Assembly (NCBI RefSeq): GCF_009914755.1
Contig: NC_060931.1
From: the human T2T-CHM13v2.0 reference genome, Homo sapiens
Direction: 5' to 3' (one strand)
Length of the DNA: 64,000 nucleotides
The number at the start of each line of letters is the position of its first letter. The first letter of the stretch is position 1. Both the position numbers and the translations under genes were made by a program. Positions 13,740 through 26,789 of this stretch are shown here, piece after piece. The notes beneath the pieces are model-generated. The model ran no database searches. It had not been told where the DNA came from and saw nothing but the letters and a program-made list of their open reading frames with translations.

Positions 13740-14567
13740 GCTCAGGTCGCTCTAAGCACAAACGTGGCTCTTTCTACAACCAGATGCAACCGAGGGATTT
13801 CCCTGCCCTCCCTCTTCCCTCGGAGGGGCGGGGCGGGGCGGGGCCGGGTGTTCCATAGCATGTGTGTCTCGGATGCGGAAGGCAGTTTTGCTTGGGAAAC
13901 AAGCTCCTTCCCCGGGGTCATCACTCACGGCCTCCATGGCACCAGGGACAACGCTGTCCCCGCAGCAGCGCCTCCTCCCGGCGCCCGAGAGACCGGCACG
14001 CCACGGCCCCTCCCCCAAGGAACAGAGCAAAGGATGGTGGCCGCAGGCCCCACGCGAGCCCACAGGACACCGGCCCCTAGATTCCAGCCACCAAGCGGAA
14101 GCATGAGACCCGCCCACACTAGCCTCTGTGTTCCCGTTAGGGACATCACACCCTGTCTCACGTCGCAGTGCCATGGACGCAGCAGTTACAGCACCATTGT
14201 TTTAGCAGTGCGTGTTCATATATGGGCTTGCTACTTCCTGTAATGAGGACGTTCAACATGGTGAGGGGCTACAAGAAAACGCTTTTCTGTACAGAGTCTT
14301 ACTGTAGCTACGCTAATGGTTAACCTGATAGAATTAACTCGTATTTTTCTATGGTTTTAACCTGATGCTCCACTGTCTCCGTCATGGGGTTGTTTTGCTG
14401 TTTGGGGTTGGGCCTTGTTTCCCTTTCCTTTCTCCAGTCCACGTGTAGACTTTGCGCTTGTTTGGATGAAGAAGCAGATCGGAAGTAACTGCTCCCTCCT
14501 CAAGGTTGTCTTCAGACGTCTTGGAGACGTTCCTAAACACTGAGGGGGAAGACAGCCAATAGCACCC

Positions 14568-14590
14568 ATTAAAAGAAATACCTAAATAAA
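14568..14590 (+). terminator. Candidate proximal polyadenylation signals
   Basis: ATTAAA at 14568-14573 and AATAAA at 14585-14590, followed by GT-rich sequence. Confidence 0.5.
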
Positions 14591-15535
14591 ACCTCTCTCC
14601 CACTCAGCTATGCTAGGGCTTGGCTGTAGGTGTGCACTGTCTATTTACATCCGTCCTTACAACCATCCTTGTCCTCCTTGGTACCGTATCAAGCTCTTTC
14701 CCATGACATTTGGTTAAAAAAAAAAAAAAAAAAAAAACAAAACAAAAAAACAGAAAAAAGACAAAGCGTCAACTCCACCCACAGGCCCGCTGTGTGTGCT
14801 CGGGCCACGGGAGTCCTGAGGGTTCTGTGGGCCTGCGCGCATCCCTCTCCCATCGTGGGGGTGGCTCCGTGACCTTCCTGCCACGAGCAGGAGGTTGATG
14901 ATGTGCTACGTTAGCCTTGTAAGATACACCCCCACCAAATGTGCAGCCGGTGTTCCCAGTGTATATTTCATTCTCTTGTATATAAAGGAAGCAATGTGTG
15001 TCAGGCCTCTGTGCAGTCAACCCAGCCTCCTCCCGCCAGTGCTAACCCCGTGTTGAGCCTGCATGCTGACACTGTGGCCGATCTGGACTCTAGAAGTGCT
15101 AGTTTGAAATATATCCATTACTGTCATTTCCTTTTGAGCTTGTGGACAAGCTGAATGTCAGGACTGACTTCTCCAGCTCCCAGCCCTGCGGGGGTGTCCT
15201 TGGCATCCCATCAGCAGAGGAGATGCGTCCCTGTTGCATTTTGGCGTTTGGGGCTTTGGGTTTATCCACATGAGCTCTGAACGTCCGTTATAGTTAGGGT
15301 GATTGGAAGGTCTCCATCACTGGGTGTTTTAAAGGTGATTCACCACCATTTGTGAAAGGACCAACGTGCTGATAAACAGGACCGATCCGAGTGCTACATG
15401 ACTGTGCGTTTGCTATTTCAATGGGCCTGAACAACTACAAAGCCAGCTAGGTCTGGAAGGGGAAGCCAGCTCTGGCCACGACATCTGGTCGGAGGGAAGT
15501 GGGGATGTGGCATGGTAGCGTCTGTTCATCCATGG

Positions 15536-15541
15536 AATAAA
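15536..15541 (+). terminator. Distal DPP6 polyadenylation signal
   Basis: AATAAA followed ~20 nt later by a T/GT-rich element (attgttcctttcttg). Confidence 0.75.
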
Positions 15542-15699
15542 ACATTATTTTACCACTCGGATTGTTCCTTTCTTGCTCATCCTCCCCCATCGCACCTTAG
15601 AAAGTGTGCTAGGCTTCAGGAGACTTTCAGAGAACCCACTGGGCCCCTCCAAGACGGATGCATGGCCACAAGAGCCTGTTGTGTGCCAAATGAAGGTTG

Positions 15700-16045
<346 letters not shown>

Positions 16046-16829
16046 TAGAAAAATGTCTCCATCTGTTGGAAATGTATCCACTCATTTGCTGTTATCAATG
16101 TCGATGTAAACATGGCCCAGCCTGAAAGCCAAGGGATTGATTTAATTAATTAATTAATACTTCCCGACCATGGAGCAGCTGCTGCCTCAGAGATGGGGGA
16201 TCAGTCCCATCAGCCCCGCTGAATTAGCTGATTCTTGTCACCCTCTGGATCAAGAATCATGGAAAGAATGGGGTGGGTGGAGAGGAGGAGTTAAAAAGGA
16301 AAAAGAAAGAATCAAATGTGAAAGGAGATTTTTAAAAACCAGACACAGCAGAGGCCATCTAAGTCTAACATACTCATTCCCCCCAAACAGTATCTCTGTG
16401 AGCCACCCTGGCCCTCTCCCTGGTCTCGCCCCAGAAGGAGGCCAGTGCCCCCATCCCAGCTTTCCATCCCTGAGTCCTTCCCCCGGACCAGGGCTTGATT
16501 TGTGGATAGGAGTTGATGGTTTGCTCAAGAAGGTGCATTTTCCCACTTTGGAAAACACTGAGTGTGGAATGACGAGCTAGGCCTGGCCCTGAGAACCAGT
16601 GTTGGCCGCAACCAGCAGGGACCACTCCGGTTCCCACTTGGAGAAGCTTTGGTCTTTCCCCAGCTCTAGAATGGCTTTGGGAAGACGCCGGCGTGGCCTC
16701 ACCAGGCCGCCGCGGCTGTGGTTGCTGTGCCTGCCTGGCTCAAATCCCCCACTGCAGCCTTCTCTGTGTTTTCAAACTGCACGTGCGTGGCACAGTAGAG
16801 TGCTACTTTTATTTCCGTTTTAAATTAGG

Positions 16830-17130
16830 TTTTTGTTTTTTTTTTTTTTTGAGATGGTATGTCGCTCTGTCACCAGGCTGGAGTGCAGTGGCGCAATCTC
16901 AGCTCACTGCAACTTCTGACTCCCTGGTTCAAGTGACTCTCCTGCCTCAGCCTCCCGAGTAGCTGGGATTACAGGCAAGCGCCACCACACCCAGCTAATT
17001 TTTTGCATTTTTAGTAGAGACGGAGTTTCACCATGTTAGCTAGGATGGTCTTGATCTCCTGACCTCGTGATCCGCCCACCTCAGCCTCCCAAAGTGCTGG
17101 GATTACAGGCGTGAGCCACCGCACCTGGCC
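16830..17130 (-). mobile_element. AluS (Sc-like)
   Basis: Full antisense Alu; TSD TAAATTAG at 16821 and 17131. Confidence 0.9.
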
Positions 17131-17927
17131 TAAATTAGTTTTAATACTGAACTTCCAACCAGGCAGCTATGGAATTCCCAAAGCACCATCAGGTTTCTCA
17201 GCACCCAGCTCCAGGCCCACAGCCCAACTCCTGGGCTGCCTGGGGCATCTCTGAGGCCATGGGCCATCAGGTTCACAAAGACATGCACGTGGGGGGACCT
17301 CCATCCCCACTGGCCTGAAAACATGCTCCTTTCCCTCCTGCCTGACCCAACCCACCCAGAAGCAGTGATTTAAGGGATTGATTGTTTTCGGGAAGCCCCT
17401 ATTAAAATCCCCTCTGTCACAGAAGAGCCCGGAAGGACATTTTCAGAAGCTCCCTTGGTGCTCCCTCCTGGTACACAGCTGCGTGTTCGTAGACGGGCAG
17501 CTACGCCGAGACGGGCGCCTGGTGAGAGCCTGGATGTGCCCACGGACAAGGGCCAGGCCATAAATCAGGGCAGGGCTCCAACCTGCACCTGCAGACACTG
17601 CCCCGGGGCCAGGCATGGCCTCTGCAGCAGTTGGTCCCAGAGGTCAGGATTTGAGCAGTAAATACCAGCTTCCCTTATTCTCAGCCCTGCTTCTAACTGA
17701 GGACCAACTGGGAAAAGCCAGATACCCACAACCAATCTCCTGGGACGCCCTGCTTCTGAGCGCCTCCAGCTTCCCACTCCAGCAGCCTCCAGCCAGAGCA
17801 TCCCTGGAGCCTCCTTTTCTCCACCGTGAAGCTCACCCACCCCCCCGTCCGAATGCAGGTAAGAGCAGTGAGCCCCTTGCTGGAGAAAGCTCTGGATAAG
17901 CAGCCTCTGCTCACACTCATTTTAGTA

Positions 17928-18318
17928 CAGTCTTAGCCTTAGCGGCCATAGTGAAGTCCCATAGACTGGGGGCTTAAATAGTAGGACTTGATTTCTCACA
18001 GTTCTAGAGCCCAGAAGTCTAAGATCATGGGGCCAGCACACTCGGTTCCTGGTGAGGGTTCTCTCCCTGGTTTACTATTGATCGTCTTCTCCCTCTGTCT
18101 GCACGTGGCAGAGTGAGAAGGAGCGAGAGGGAGCAAGAGCATGAGAAGAGACTTCTCTGATGTTTCTTCTTACAAGGCACAAATCCCATCATGGGGGACA
18201 CACACTTATGACCTCTTCTAACCCTAATCACTTCCCAGATGCTCCATCTCTAGCCATCACACCGGGGCTTAGGGCTTCAACAGTGAATTTGGGAAAACAT
18301 AACATTCAGTCTGTCACA
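17928..18318 (-). mobile_element. MLT1 (MaLR) LTR
   Basis: ccatagactgggggcttaaa...atttctcacagttctagag...aacattcagtctgtcaca. Confidence 0.75.
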
Positions 18319-18979
18319 GGTGGTCTTTGTTTATTTTCACACTGGCATTCCAGGGAGAAAATAGGTGTTCTTTTATTTCAGAGAAGAGTTGCTGAGGGGC
18401 CTCTGGGGACTCTGAGGCCAGGGAAGGAGGGAGGCAGAGGAGGCGGACAGAGCCTCAGGAGACTGACCTCCCTGCTGGGGCTCCCCAGGGGTCCAGACAG
18501 GCAGACGGGCAGCCTTCCAGGGCTGCTCCCGAAGGCCTGGCTTCCCCTCTGCAAACCACAAGCTCCAAAATGGTCATTCTCCATCTGAACTCAGCCAGTG
18601 ACACTATACAGATAGGGAATCTGAAGCCCAGAGAAGGCAAGGAAGTTGTCCAAAACCACGCAGGAAACAGTCACAGTCCTGCATTCCTTCCGCCCTTTTT
18701 TCCTGCTGTGTTTTCTTCAATGATAAACTCACAAGTCCTGGCCTCAGGGCCCCAGGAGTAGTAGCCAGCTGCCTTTCTCCACAGAGCTGGGCTGGGGGTG
18801 TCTAGCATGGTCCCTTGGGGTGCTCGTCCTCACCCGTGTGGGTGCCCCAAGCACAGTCTCCAGCCAACATGGAGCCTGGCTCAGTGGACATGGGCGTCAA
18901 GATCCAGGCTCTGAGAAAACCACAGAGCTATGGGTCCTTCCAATTCCTATCCAGCCAGGGATCCTTTCTAGAAATTCTC

Positions 18980-19331
18980 TTTTTTTTTTCCAACTTTTTT
19001 TATTTTATTTTTAATTATTATACTTTAAGTTCTAGGGTACATGTGCACAACGTGCAGGTTTGTTACATAGGTATACATGTGCCATGTTGGTGTGCTGCAC
19101 CCATTAACTTGTCATTTACGTTAGGTATATCTCCTAATGCTCTCCTTTCCCCAGCCCCCCACCCCACGACAGGCCCCGGTGTGTGATGTTCCCCACCCTT
19201 TGCCCACGTGTTCTCATTGTTCAATTCCCACCTATGAGTGAGAACATGCGGTGTTTGGTTTTCTGTCCTTGCAATATTTTGCTCAGAATGATGGTTTCCA
19301 GCTTCATCCATGTCCCTACAAAGGACATGAA
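18980..19331 (-). mobile_element. 5'-truncated L1PA 3' end
   Basis: ttatactttaagttctagggtacatgtgcacaacgtgcagg...; TSD CTAGAAAT(T/C)CTC at 18968-18979 and 19332-19343. Confidence 0.92.
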
Positions 19332-19357
19332 CTAGAAATCCTCACTGATCGGCTTAC

Positions 19358-19831
19358 CGGCCCCCGATGCACAGCCATAAGGTAGCTCTGTGTTGATTCC
19401 CAGAGTGGGATCGGAAGTGGCCACAAGCTCAAGGAGACACGTAAACACACAGAAGAGCCGGGTCAGCCACCCGACTCTGTAACCTCCCCCCGGGAGAAAG
19501 TGCGTGCCACACGCTCAGCATGGGCCTGGCCCACCGTGGGTGTGCCAGCAATGAACACACTGCCGCCTTGCCCACCCCAAGTAAAGGGAACCCCAGAAAG
19601 CCGCAATCTTTGTCTGTTTTGTTCACTGCAGAAGCCTCAACACATAGAACCATGTTCACGATCAGAGGGAAGGGGAGGGTCCCACCTGGGTCACATCACG
19701 GTCTGGAGGTCTGCAAGAAACAGGTGGATGCTGTCGGTGACCAGAGCCGCCGTGTCTGCGGTTCCCTCGGTGGGAATGTGCTCTGTGCGTCCGCCGGGCT
19801 GGCTCAGAAGCTCACGGAAGCCCTTTCAACA
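19358..19831 (-). pseudogene. Two exon remnants: 19686-19831 (...ALVTDSIHLFL) and 19358-~19427 (QSYLMAVHRGP)
   Basis: cacAG...CAG|GTGGGA and CCG|GTAAGC boundaries; resemble [31 protein letters not shown]. Confidence 0.5.
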
Positions 19832-19935
19832 CTGTGCAGAGCCAGGTGGACAATAAAATGTTTGGGAAAGAGGAGAACCGTTTTCAAAATGATATGAATA
19901 TATTTAAATCCATTAAAATGTTTCATTTGACTTAC

Positions 19936-20030
19936 ATTCGTTTATCTTCAACCTCTTCATGAGCTCAGTGAGTCGAGTTCTGTTAGCTTCCATGTGTAAA
20001 CCACAAGCATAGGTACGGTAGTATAAAAAC
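19936..20030 (-). pseudogene. Exon remnant: FLYYRTYACGLHMEANRTRLTELMKRLKINE
   Basis: tttAG acceptor and AAT|GTAAGT donor; 95 nt open frame; its start resembles [16 protein letters not shown]. Confidence 0.55.
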
Positions 20031-20642
20031 CTAAACGTCAGGAATGGAACAGGGCCCGAAAGACCGTCATGAAGCCATCTGAATGGGAGTCCTTTCCGAG
20101 TTCTCCATGTATTCCTAGTCATTTACAGTTGCCCACAACTTATTTCAACTCCTTTTTTTTAGCAGATTGCCCCTACTGAATTTTTCCAAATCACTCAACT
20201 TCGTTTTTCTAGGAATGACACCATTTTGTTTTTACACTCACTGTCCAGAGTTTAAGTGGGATTGAATCCAATTTGGCTCCGTGGATACCACTGTGCTCCA
20301 CCCAGCACCCCTCTCAGAGCAGGGTGGGACTCTGCAGGACAGGACACCGTGGCCCAGCTCCTGAGCATGTGGGCTGAGCTGTTCACAGCTGGGCCCTTGG
20401 CTAGCCTACCGGACCTGCAGGGGACCTGCCTGGTTGAAGGTCACAGACCCTCCCAGGAGCGCCACCTGGCCAAGGACCGTGTGACTTGGGATACCAATAC
20501 CCAGTCCCTCTGTCTCAATTTAGGACAATCTCAAAGGTTATCCCAGCCACAGAGGCTTCAGCTCAAGGGCGACGTCCTGGGGGACAGGCTGAGGCCGACA
20601 GGCTCAGCCTCAGCCCCCCGGTGCGTCTCCCTAGGGCACTAC

Positions 20643-20728
20643 CAGTGAACCTGCATGAGGCAGCGGTCCCTCAGAGAGTCTGTTTCTAGGGATCCTAATC
20701 GAACCTATGACTGGAGTGAGAAGTACAA
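20643..20728 (-). pseudogene. Exon remnant beginning CTSHSSHRFD
   Basis: Strong acceptor gttttgtttcatttcctttgtAG and donor CTG|GTAGTG; resembles [19 protein letters not shown]; internal stops or frameshift. Confidence 0.55.
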
Positions 20729-21272
20729 CTACAAAGGAAATGAAACAAAACAGGTGTGGGCGCAAACCCAACAGACGCTCGGCGAGCCCAGCGGCACTCA
20801 CCTCTGGGGGATGCAGGCTTCCACCTGGAGGCGAAGACCAGACCGGCCGACCACCCTGAGTGTGGGCAGTCCATGTGCTACACAGAGGGATGGAGCCGCA
20901 GCAGACAGCCTGCACCCTGCTTTCATAATGTCAGTCAGGGAACTGCTACCACCCAGACTAGACACGGCCCACCTGGAACCCCTCTGTTGACCTGCAGGGG
21001 ATTCGCTTGGGGGCAGCTCAGCTCCTCCCATGCCTCTGCCATGGACCCCAGGTACTGCCTGCTGGCCTGGTGGGACCTTTGCTCCAAAGCCGAGTGACTA
21101 ATGCAGAAGCGTGGAGGACCCACTGCCAGCATCCTCTGAACAAAGAAGCTGCTCCCTCCCTCCCAGCCTTGGCCCTAGCATGGGAAGTTCCTAAGTTGGA
21201 GGAGTCTGGAGCTCCCTGGCTTTGACTTTGGTTATCATAACTAATGGCTTTCCAGACAGAGGCCAGCCCCAC

Positions 21273-21374
21273 CCATGAGCTGGTTATTCGTCTAATGTGG
21301 TTTGTGTCAGCCTGGTGGGAACGTGTGCTGGCAGCTTCAGCAGCCTCCACAGTCAGTTCTAGGGTTCACAGGAC
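21273..21374 (-). pseudogene. Exon remnant: VL*TLELTVEAAEAASTRSHQADTNHIRRITSSW
   Basis: gcAG acceptor and GG|GTGGGG donor; weakly resembles [25 protein letters not shown]. Confidence 0.5.
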
Positions 21375-21789
21375 CTGCTTGGTGAGGAAGATGGTGGCAC
21401 GAGGCAGAAACAGCAACGTCTTTGTGGTTGTGAGGCCTGAGACCACATGTTCCTATCAGCTGTGTAACATCGGGCAGGTCCCTTCATTTCTCTGAGCCCC
21501 AACTTTCTCATCCTTAAAATAGAACAAGTACCTGCCTCTTTAGGGTGTTGTACAAATTAAACATTGTCTGATAAAGTCCTTTGTTAACCTGTGTGCTACA
21601 TGAGTGTGGGGTATGACCACTGTAAGTTTCATTACTGTTAGGGTTAGGAAGGAACTAGATCAGTCCCTTGTAGGAATTACTTTTGTAGCCGTGGACGTGG
21701 GTTAACAGAGCCACGCGCTTGTCTTCAGAACATGTACGGGTCTCAACCCTGAGGCTGTGCCCTTGTAGGAAGGCTGGCCTTCATCACAG

Positions 21790-21970
21790 GGCCCCCCAGC
21801 CCGGGAGGACCCAGGAAGCTATTTTTGAGAGACTTGGGTCTGCAGGTCTGACTCCAGGACAAGTCGAGGTTAACAAAGTTAGAATGAGAAGCAGCTTCCC
21901 AGAGGGCAGCTGAGGCCTCGCAGGAGGCCTGTGTCAGAACGTCCACTTTAATTAAAATATTTGCCTGCCT
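21790..21970 (-). pseudogene. Exon remnant: IKVDVLTQASCEASAALWEAASHSNFVNLDLSWSQTCRPKSLKNSFL
   Basis: Overlaps ORF 21743..21946; resembles [56 protein letters not shown]; boundaries approximate. Confidence 0.55.
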
Positions 21971-22299
21971 GTAGCCTGATTTCTTTTACACATGGTCTAA
22001 TTTCTTATAGTGGACCTAAGTGACTCTCACACACCACCCTGCAAGGCAAGGCAAGAGTTTTTAATTTGAAGTTTCGACCATTAGGGAAATTCATGGATGG
22101 GCTTCAGGGGGTCTATGAGTCCCTGAAATTGCAAGCCAAAGTTGTGTGTCCCTGCACGTCTAATACCATCCTGGTGGCACCAAGAATTGCCACCTGGAAA
22201 CACAAGCCATTCATGCCGAAGGGCTTTGGGCCTCATGGACTAAACTCCCTTACAAATCTCACTCAATGAGACAGCTTCTGGCCTGGAAGAGTCATCGAG

Positions 22300-22790
22300 G
22301 CACCTCCAGACGATGTGAGAATCTCACTGAGTTTTCTTTCTCTTTCTCTAGAAAAGGGCTGTTAACAAATTTGAGACGTTCATAGAAGACTTTCATACTC
22401 AGCCAAGTAGCAGCCATGAACCTCAGCCCAAGGAGAATGCGTTGACTGCATTTTCACCTTTGTTACTACTGGAGTCTCAGAACATCCTTGGGAAGGACAT
22501 GAGGCAAGTAACATAACTATTCCAATTTCACTGATAAGGAAGGTGCACAAAATTTAAATGATTTGCCCAGAGGATGTAGCTGGTTTTTACTTGAACCAGC
22601 TCTAAAACCCTAATTCCCAGCCAAAGGCTTTTCCATTGGAAGGAAAAGGGAAAATTTTTCATTTCCCAAATTAGTTATCCCAGTAGATCAAGAGACCCTT
22701 CAGGAGACCTAAAGTCAACTTGTGAAGATTCACAGTGTTAATTTCTGCTTGTCTGAACTTCCACAGTGATGAATGGAGCCACAGCCAGTC
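22300..22790 (-). pseudogene. Two exon remnants: NLHKLTLGLLKGLLIYW (~22670-22745) and YLAEYESL / PFLEKEKENSVRF (~22310-22420)
   Basis: Resemble [23 protein letters not shown] and MDSYEKIY...IFLDKGTEYSF; boundaries not resolved. Confidence 0.55.
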
Positions 22791-22867
22791 GTGCTAAGCT
22801 GATTAAATACGCACTTTGCTAGCCACCCACCATGATGCCAACTCTACCCGCTTTTTTTAGTATTCCT

Positions 22868-23355
22868 GTCGTGTGGAGTCCACTCCCACATGGAATCAGG
22901 CTTGACCCCTGTGACTACAGAATACTGCAGAGGTGACAGTGCGTGAATGCCAAGGCTTGGTCATTAACGGTACTGCAGCTTCTGTCTTTCTCTCCTGGCC
23001 AGATGGCTCCTTCTGTGGGAAGTTGGCCACCATGTTGCAAGGATGTTCAAGCAGCTCCACGGAGAGGTCCATGTTGAGAGGAACTGAGGCCTCCCACCAG
23101 CAGCCAGTGCAATTCTCCAGCCATGTAGGGGCGCCACCATGGCAGTAAATCCTCCATCCTCTGTCAGTCCCACCCATGACTATGGCCACAGCTGACATCT
23201 GATTGCAACCTCAAGAGAGACTCTCAGACAGAATTCTTGGCCAAGGCACTCTCAGATTCCAAATCTAAAGGAACTGTGAGCAATCGTAAATGACTGTTGT
23301 TTTAAGCCATTAAGTTTTGGAGTGATTTGTCACACAGCATTCGATAACTAATACA
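22868..23355 (+). mobile_element. MLT1 (MaLR) LTR
   Basis: Typical 3' end ttttaagccattaagttttggagtgatttgtcacacagcattcgataactaataca. Confidence 0.75.
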
Positions 23356-23927
23356 ACTCACAACCACCCCCAAAAACTCTGCCAGCACCCGCATCAGTGC
23401 CTCTGCAGGACACCCCTTTCTGTAAATATGGGATAGGCTGGGGCATAAGTGACCCTTGAGAGTGGGCGCAGACTCTGAACCGTCTGACATAAGTCACTGG
23501 TTCCTAGTCCCAAGCATCAAATCCCTGCTACATTGGGAAGGGTTCACAAATGGCAGGAAGAGAAATGGTAGAAAAATTCCTTCAGGCACTAACTGGAGTC
23601 CACCCTAGCACTACCACCCCTCTTTCTTAGAAGTGGAACCCCCAGTTTTTAACTGGGCCTATGGTCATCCAGAATAAAAACTGTTCCGGCCTCTTCGCTG
23701 AGCCTAACTTCTGGCCACTGGGATGTATGTGACATGCCACATGGCAGCTGCCAAGACACTTCCTCAAAAGACAGCAGGGAAGCATCCTTGGTCTCATCTT
23801 CTCCCTCCTCCCTCTGGGTTCCTGAAGACCCAACAGAGCCTTGGTCCACAAGGTGGAAGCTCCGAGCCAAGGGTGACAGAGAGCAAGCAGATGCTGCCTG
23901 GGCTCCTGGCAGGTGGGCGCACTATAC

Positions 23928-24021
23928 CAGCCCTGGTGTCCCTCATTAGAACGCTCTATCTTCTTTATCTTGGCCTTTTCTGTGTTTTGCAGTCAAATTT
24001 GATGCCAGCTAGCACACTGCA
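23928..24021 (-). pseudogene. Exon remnant: VQCASWHQI*LQNTEKAKIKKIERSNEGHQG
   Basis: ccctcacAG acceptor, phase-compatible with the preceding exon; resembles [31 protein letters not shown] with TGA at the Arg; 3' boundary uncertain. Confidence 0.55.
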
Positions 24022-24189
24022 CTGTGAGGGCTGAATTACACAGGCCAGCGGCTTGATCCTAGGGCCCAGAGCCTCTCACTGCAAAACGCTGTGTAGTTGC
24101 CAGTTATTCAGGACAACTAAGCATTTGCATTGGACACAAGGCAGATGACTATGCATCCATTCACTCCAAAGATCACAATAGCCACATTA

Positions 24190-24400
24190 ATAATAATAAT
24201 TAACATTTATGAAAAGCCTGCTCTATATCAAGCACTGTGCTAGCATTCTGCGTGGATAAACACATTTAATCTCTGCACAATTAACACATTTCATTCTACA
24301 ACTACCCCATGAGGTTGGGTTACCATTATTTACGTTTGGCGGACAGGAAACAAAAGGAACAGAGAGACGCCGTCACTGGCCCCAGATAACAAAGCCAGTC
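24190..24400. mobile_element. MIR fragment
   Basis: taacatttat...agcactgtgctagcatt...acaactaccccatgagg...gtcactggcccagataac. Confidence 0.55.
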
Positions 24401-24457
24401 AGTGCTCGGGAGGGAGTCCTGCCACCACCAGCTCCCTCTCCAAAGGGAGGCCCTTAC

Positions 24458-24563
24458 CAGGTCCCAAACCCGAGTCTACCCACGTTTGGGCACAGCAGAT
24501 GAACTGTGTGACCTCCATGTGTTTGAGTAATAGGCTTGGCCTTGGCAGGTTGATTTGTTTGAG
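24458..24563 (-). pseudogene. Exon remnant: LKQINLPRPSLLLKHMEVTQFICCAQTWVDSGLGP
   Basis: Strong acceptor tttctttgttctctttcAG and donor CTG|GTAAGG; 106 nt; in phase with both flanking exons. Confidence 0.68.
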
Positions 24564-25043
24564 CTGAAAGAGAACAAAGAAAGGCCTTCTGCCCAGGTGC
24601 CTGGAGAGGTGAGCAGGGGTCGCTGGTCTGCGAGAGGCTCTCCAGCAGGAGCTGAAGAACTCGTTTTCTGGGAGACAAAGGGAGGGCTGGCTTGGCCTGG
24701 GAGGCTGGGGGCACTCTCCGTGGCCCAGAGGGAGCGCCATGCAGTCGGTCCAGAGAAGCTCTGAGATCTGGGGCCACCTGGGCAGCCCAGGGTCTGCAGC
24801 AGCCTCCTGCCGGTCACCACGGCTGGAACCTGGGGGCTGTGGAGGGCTCCGAGGTGGAGGATGGTCCCATGTGTCTGGGTGAGCAGCAGACACCACGGGA
24901 GCAGCTGTTTGACCTGAGCCAGTCACACAAAGGAGTCAATTTCCAGCTGTGTGGGAGCCTGAGTCCAGGCACACTTGGCAAGGAGCCCTTGGTGGCCAGC
25001 GTCCTAGCCTGAGATGGCAGGGGGCAAAGCTGGTGAAACGTAG

Positions 25044-25483
<440 letters not shown>

Positions 25484-25683
25484 TAAATATGATGAATTCA
25501 TTGACCAGTAGAGAAGCAGGACCCATGAATGTCTCCAAATTCTGTTTTCAACTGCACCAAGACTGCTGGAGTTTTACGTCTCAGATATATTAGCAGATGT
25601 GTGCTTTTCCAAATAACCATTTTTACGGAAATCTTAATATTGTCTGAAAGTCAGCATGATTGTCCTGTGAATGAGATTTTTAC

Positions 25684-25814
25684 TCGCTTGGCGGAAGGAG
25701 GCAGAATGAATCCACTGCTTGAGATCCTCTTCTATGACTGCAGCAACTGTGGGCTTTGAGGACCTTGAGCTGGACTTAGATGACCCTCTCAGTGGTATGC
25801 TGGCATCAGCCTTC
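25684..25814 (-). pseudogene. Exon remnant: KADASIPLRGSSKSSSRSSKPTVAAVIEEDLKQWIHSASFRQA
   Basis: ~40-nt polypyrimidine tract with tAG (plus 25815-25816); open frame; resembles [31 protein letters not shown]; donor weak. Confidence 0.6.
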
Positions 25815-26230
25815 CTAATACAAAACAAAAGGAGAGAAAAACAAAAGAAAAGAAAATCCCAACCCATAGAGTCTGTCGATCTCCGTGGTGTAAGTGTTTC
25901 CACTATGGCCAACGTCAAACACCCAAGCTGCCATCACTGAAAATGGAGTTGGGAAGCAAAGGGCCAAACCCCTTCCCGCCCATTTCCAGTGAGTAGGTGT
26001 GACACTCTCCATCAGGCACCACTAACTCTGGCTAACACCGGTTAGTCTATGGGGCAGGGCCTCTAGGAGGGCCAAAGAATGCAGCACCAGGAGTTGACAA
26101 ACCCACACCCTCCATCCTGGACAGGTTTCTTCTGTGGCATTGGGCAGGCACTTCCACAAATCGAAACTGACTTTTTCCCACCCAAATGACAAGTTCCCGG
26201 GGTAAGCGAGACGGTTTATTTCCCCCATAC

Positions 26231-26285
26231 CTCACCCCTCCGTCCCCCATCAACAGCGCCTGGCTCACGTGGCAGTTCTGAGCAA
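26231..26285 (-). pseudogene. Exon remnant: AQNCHVSQALLMGDGGV
   Basis: gtctctccAG acceptor and GAG|GTATGG donor; 55 nt; weak similarity to [22 protein letters not shown]. Confidence 0.45.
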
Positions 26286-26789
26286 CTGGAGAGACGTGGA
26301 CAGAATGAATTGCAAGAGGATGTGGGGGGTCCTAGCTCCATGTTGGGCGGGACCACCCCGCATTTCCATGCTCCTGGAATCCCACCCTGAAGCTGAGCTC
26401 CACACCCCTGCTTCTAGAGCACTTTCAGAGACCGCAGCCTCAAGGAGGTCTACTGATTCAGTAACCGGCAGAGGCTGTCTGGGGAGCACGGTGGAAGTTA
26501 AACGCCATGAAGAGAGCATCCAAGGCCCCCAGACTCTGGGGTCAGGAGTCTCACACCACCACGCTGCTGGCTCAGGCATAATTTATCAGGCTTCATACAT
26601 ATCAGAGGAGGCCGCAGCTGCTAGCACTCCACGCCAGCCCTGCAAACATTTCTTCAATTATTCAGTCACCAGGCACAGGGAGCTAGTCCACTGCTTCAAA
26701 GTTACATTGTTATAAAGTAACAATTACAGCAAGGTTTAGGGCTGAGCTCCCAGGCCTGGACACTCCGCCCCACAACCCTGACCACCCCA

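Larger units (their letters stand above)
13740..15560 (+). other. DPP6: DPP6 3' UTR
   Basis: Non-repetitive sequence after the stop codon, ending shortly after AATAAA at 15536-15541; cleavage site approximate. Confidence 0.8.

Noticed and set aside
17380-17520. Possible pseudogene exon (DFNRGFPKT vs [17 protein letters not shown])
   Set aside because: Similarity too short and no clear splice boundaries.
25865-25936. Extra minus-strand exon VMAAWVFDVGHSGNTYTTEIDRLY
   Set aside because: Good acceptor and protein-like, but it would leave only a ~50-nt intron with a weak donor; left uncalled pending ortholog alignment.
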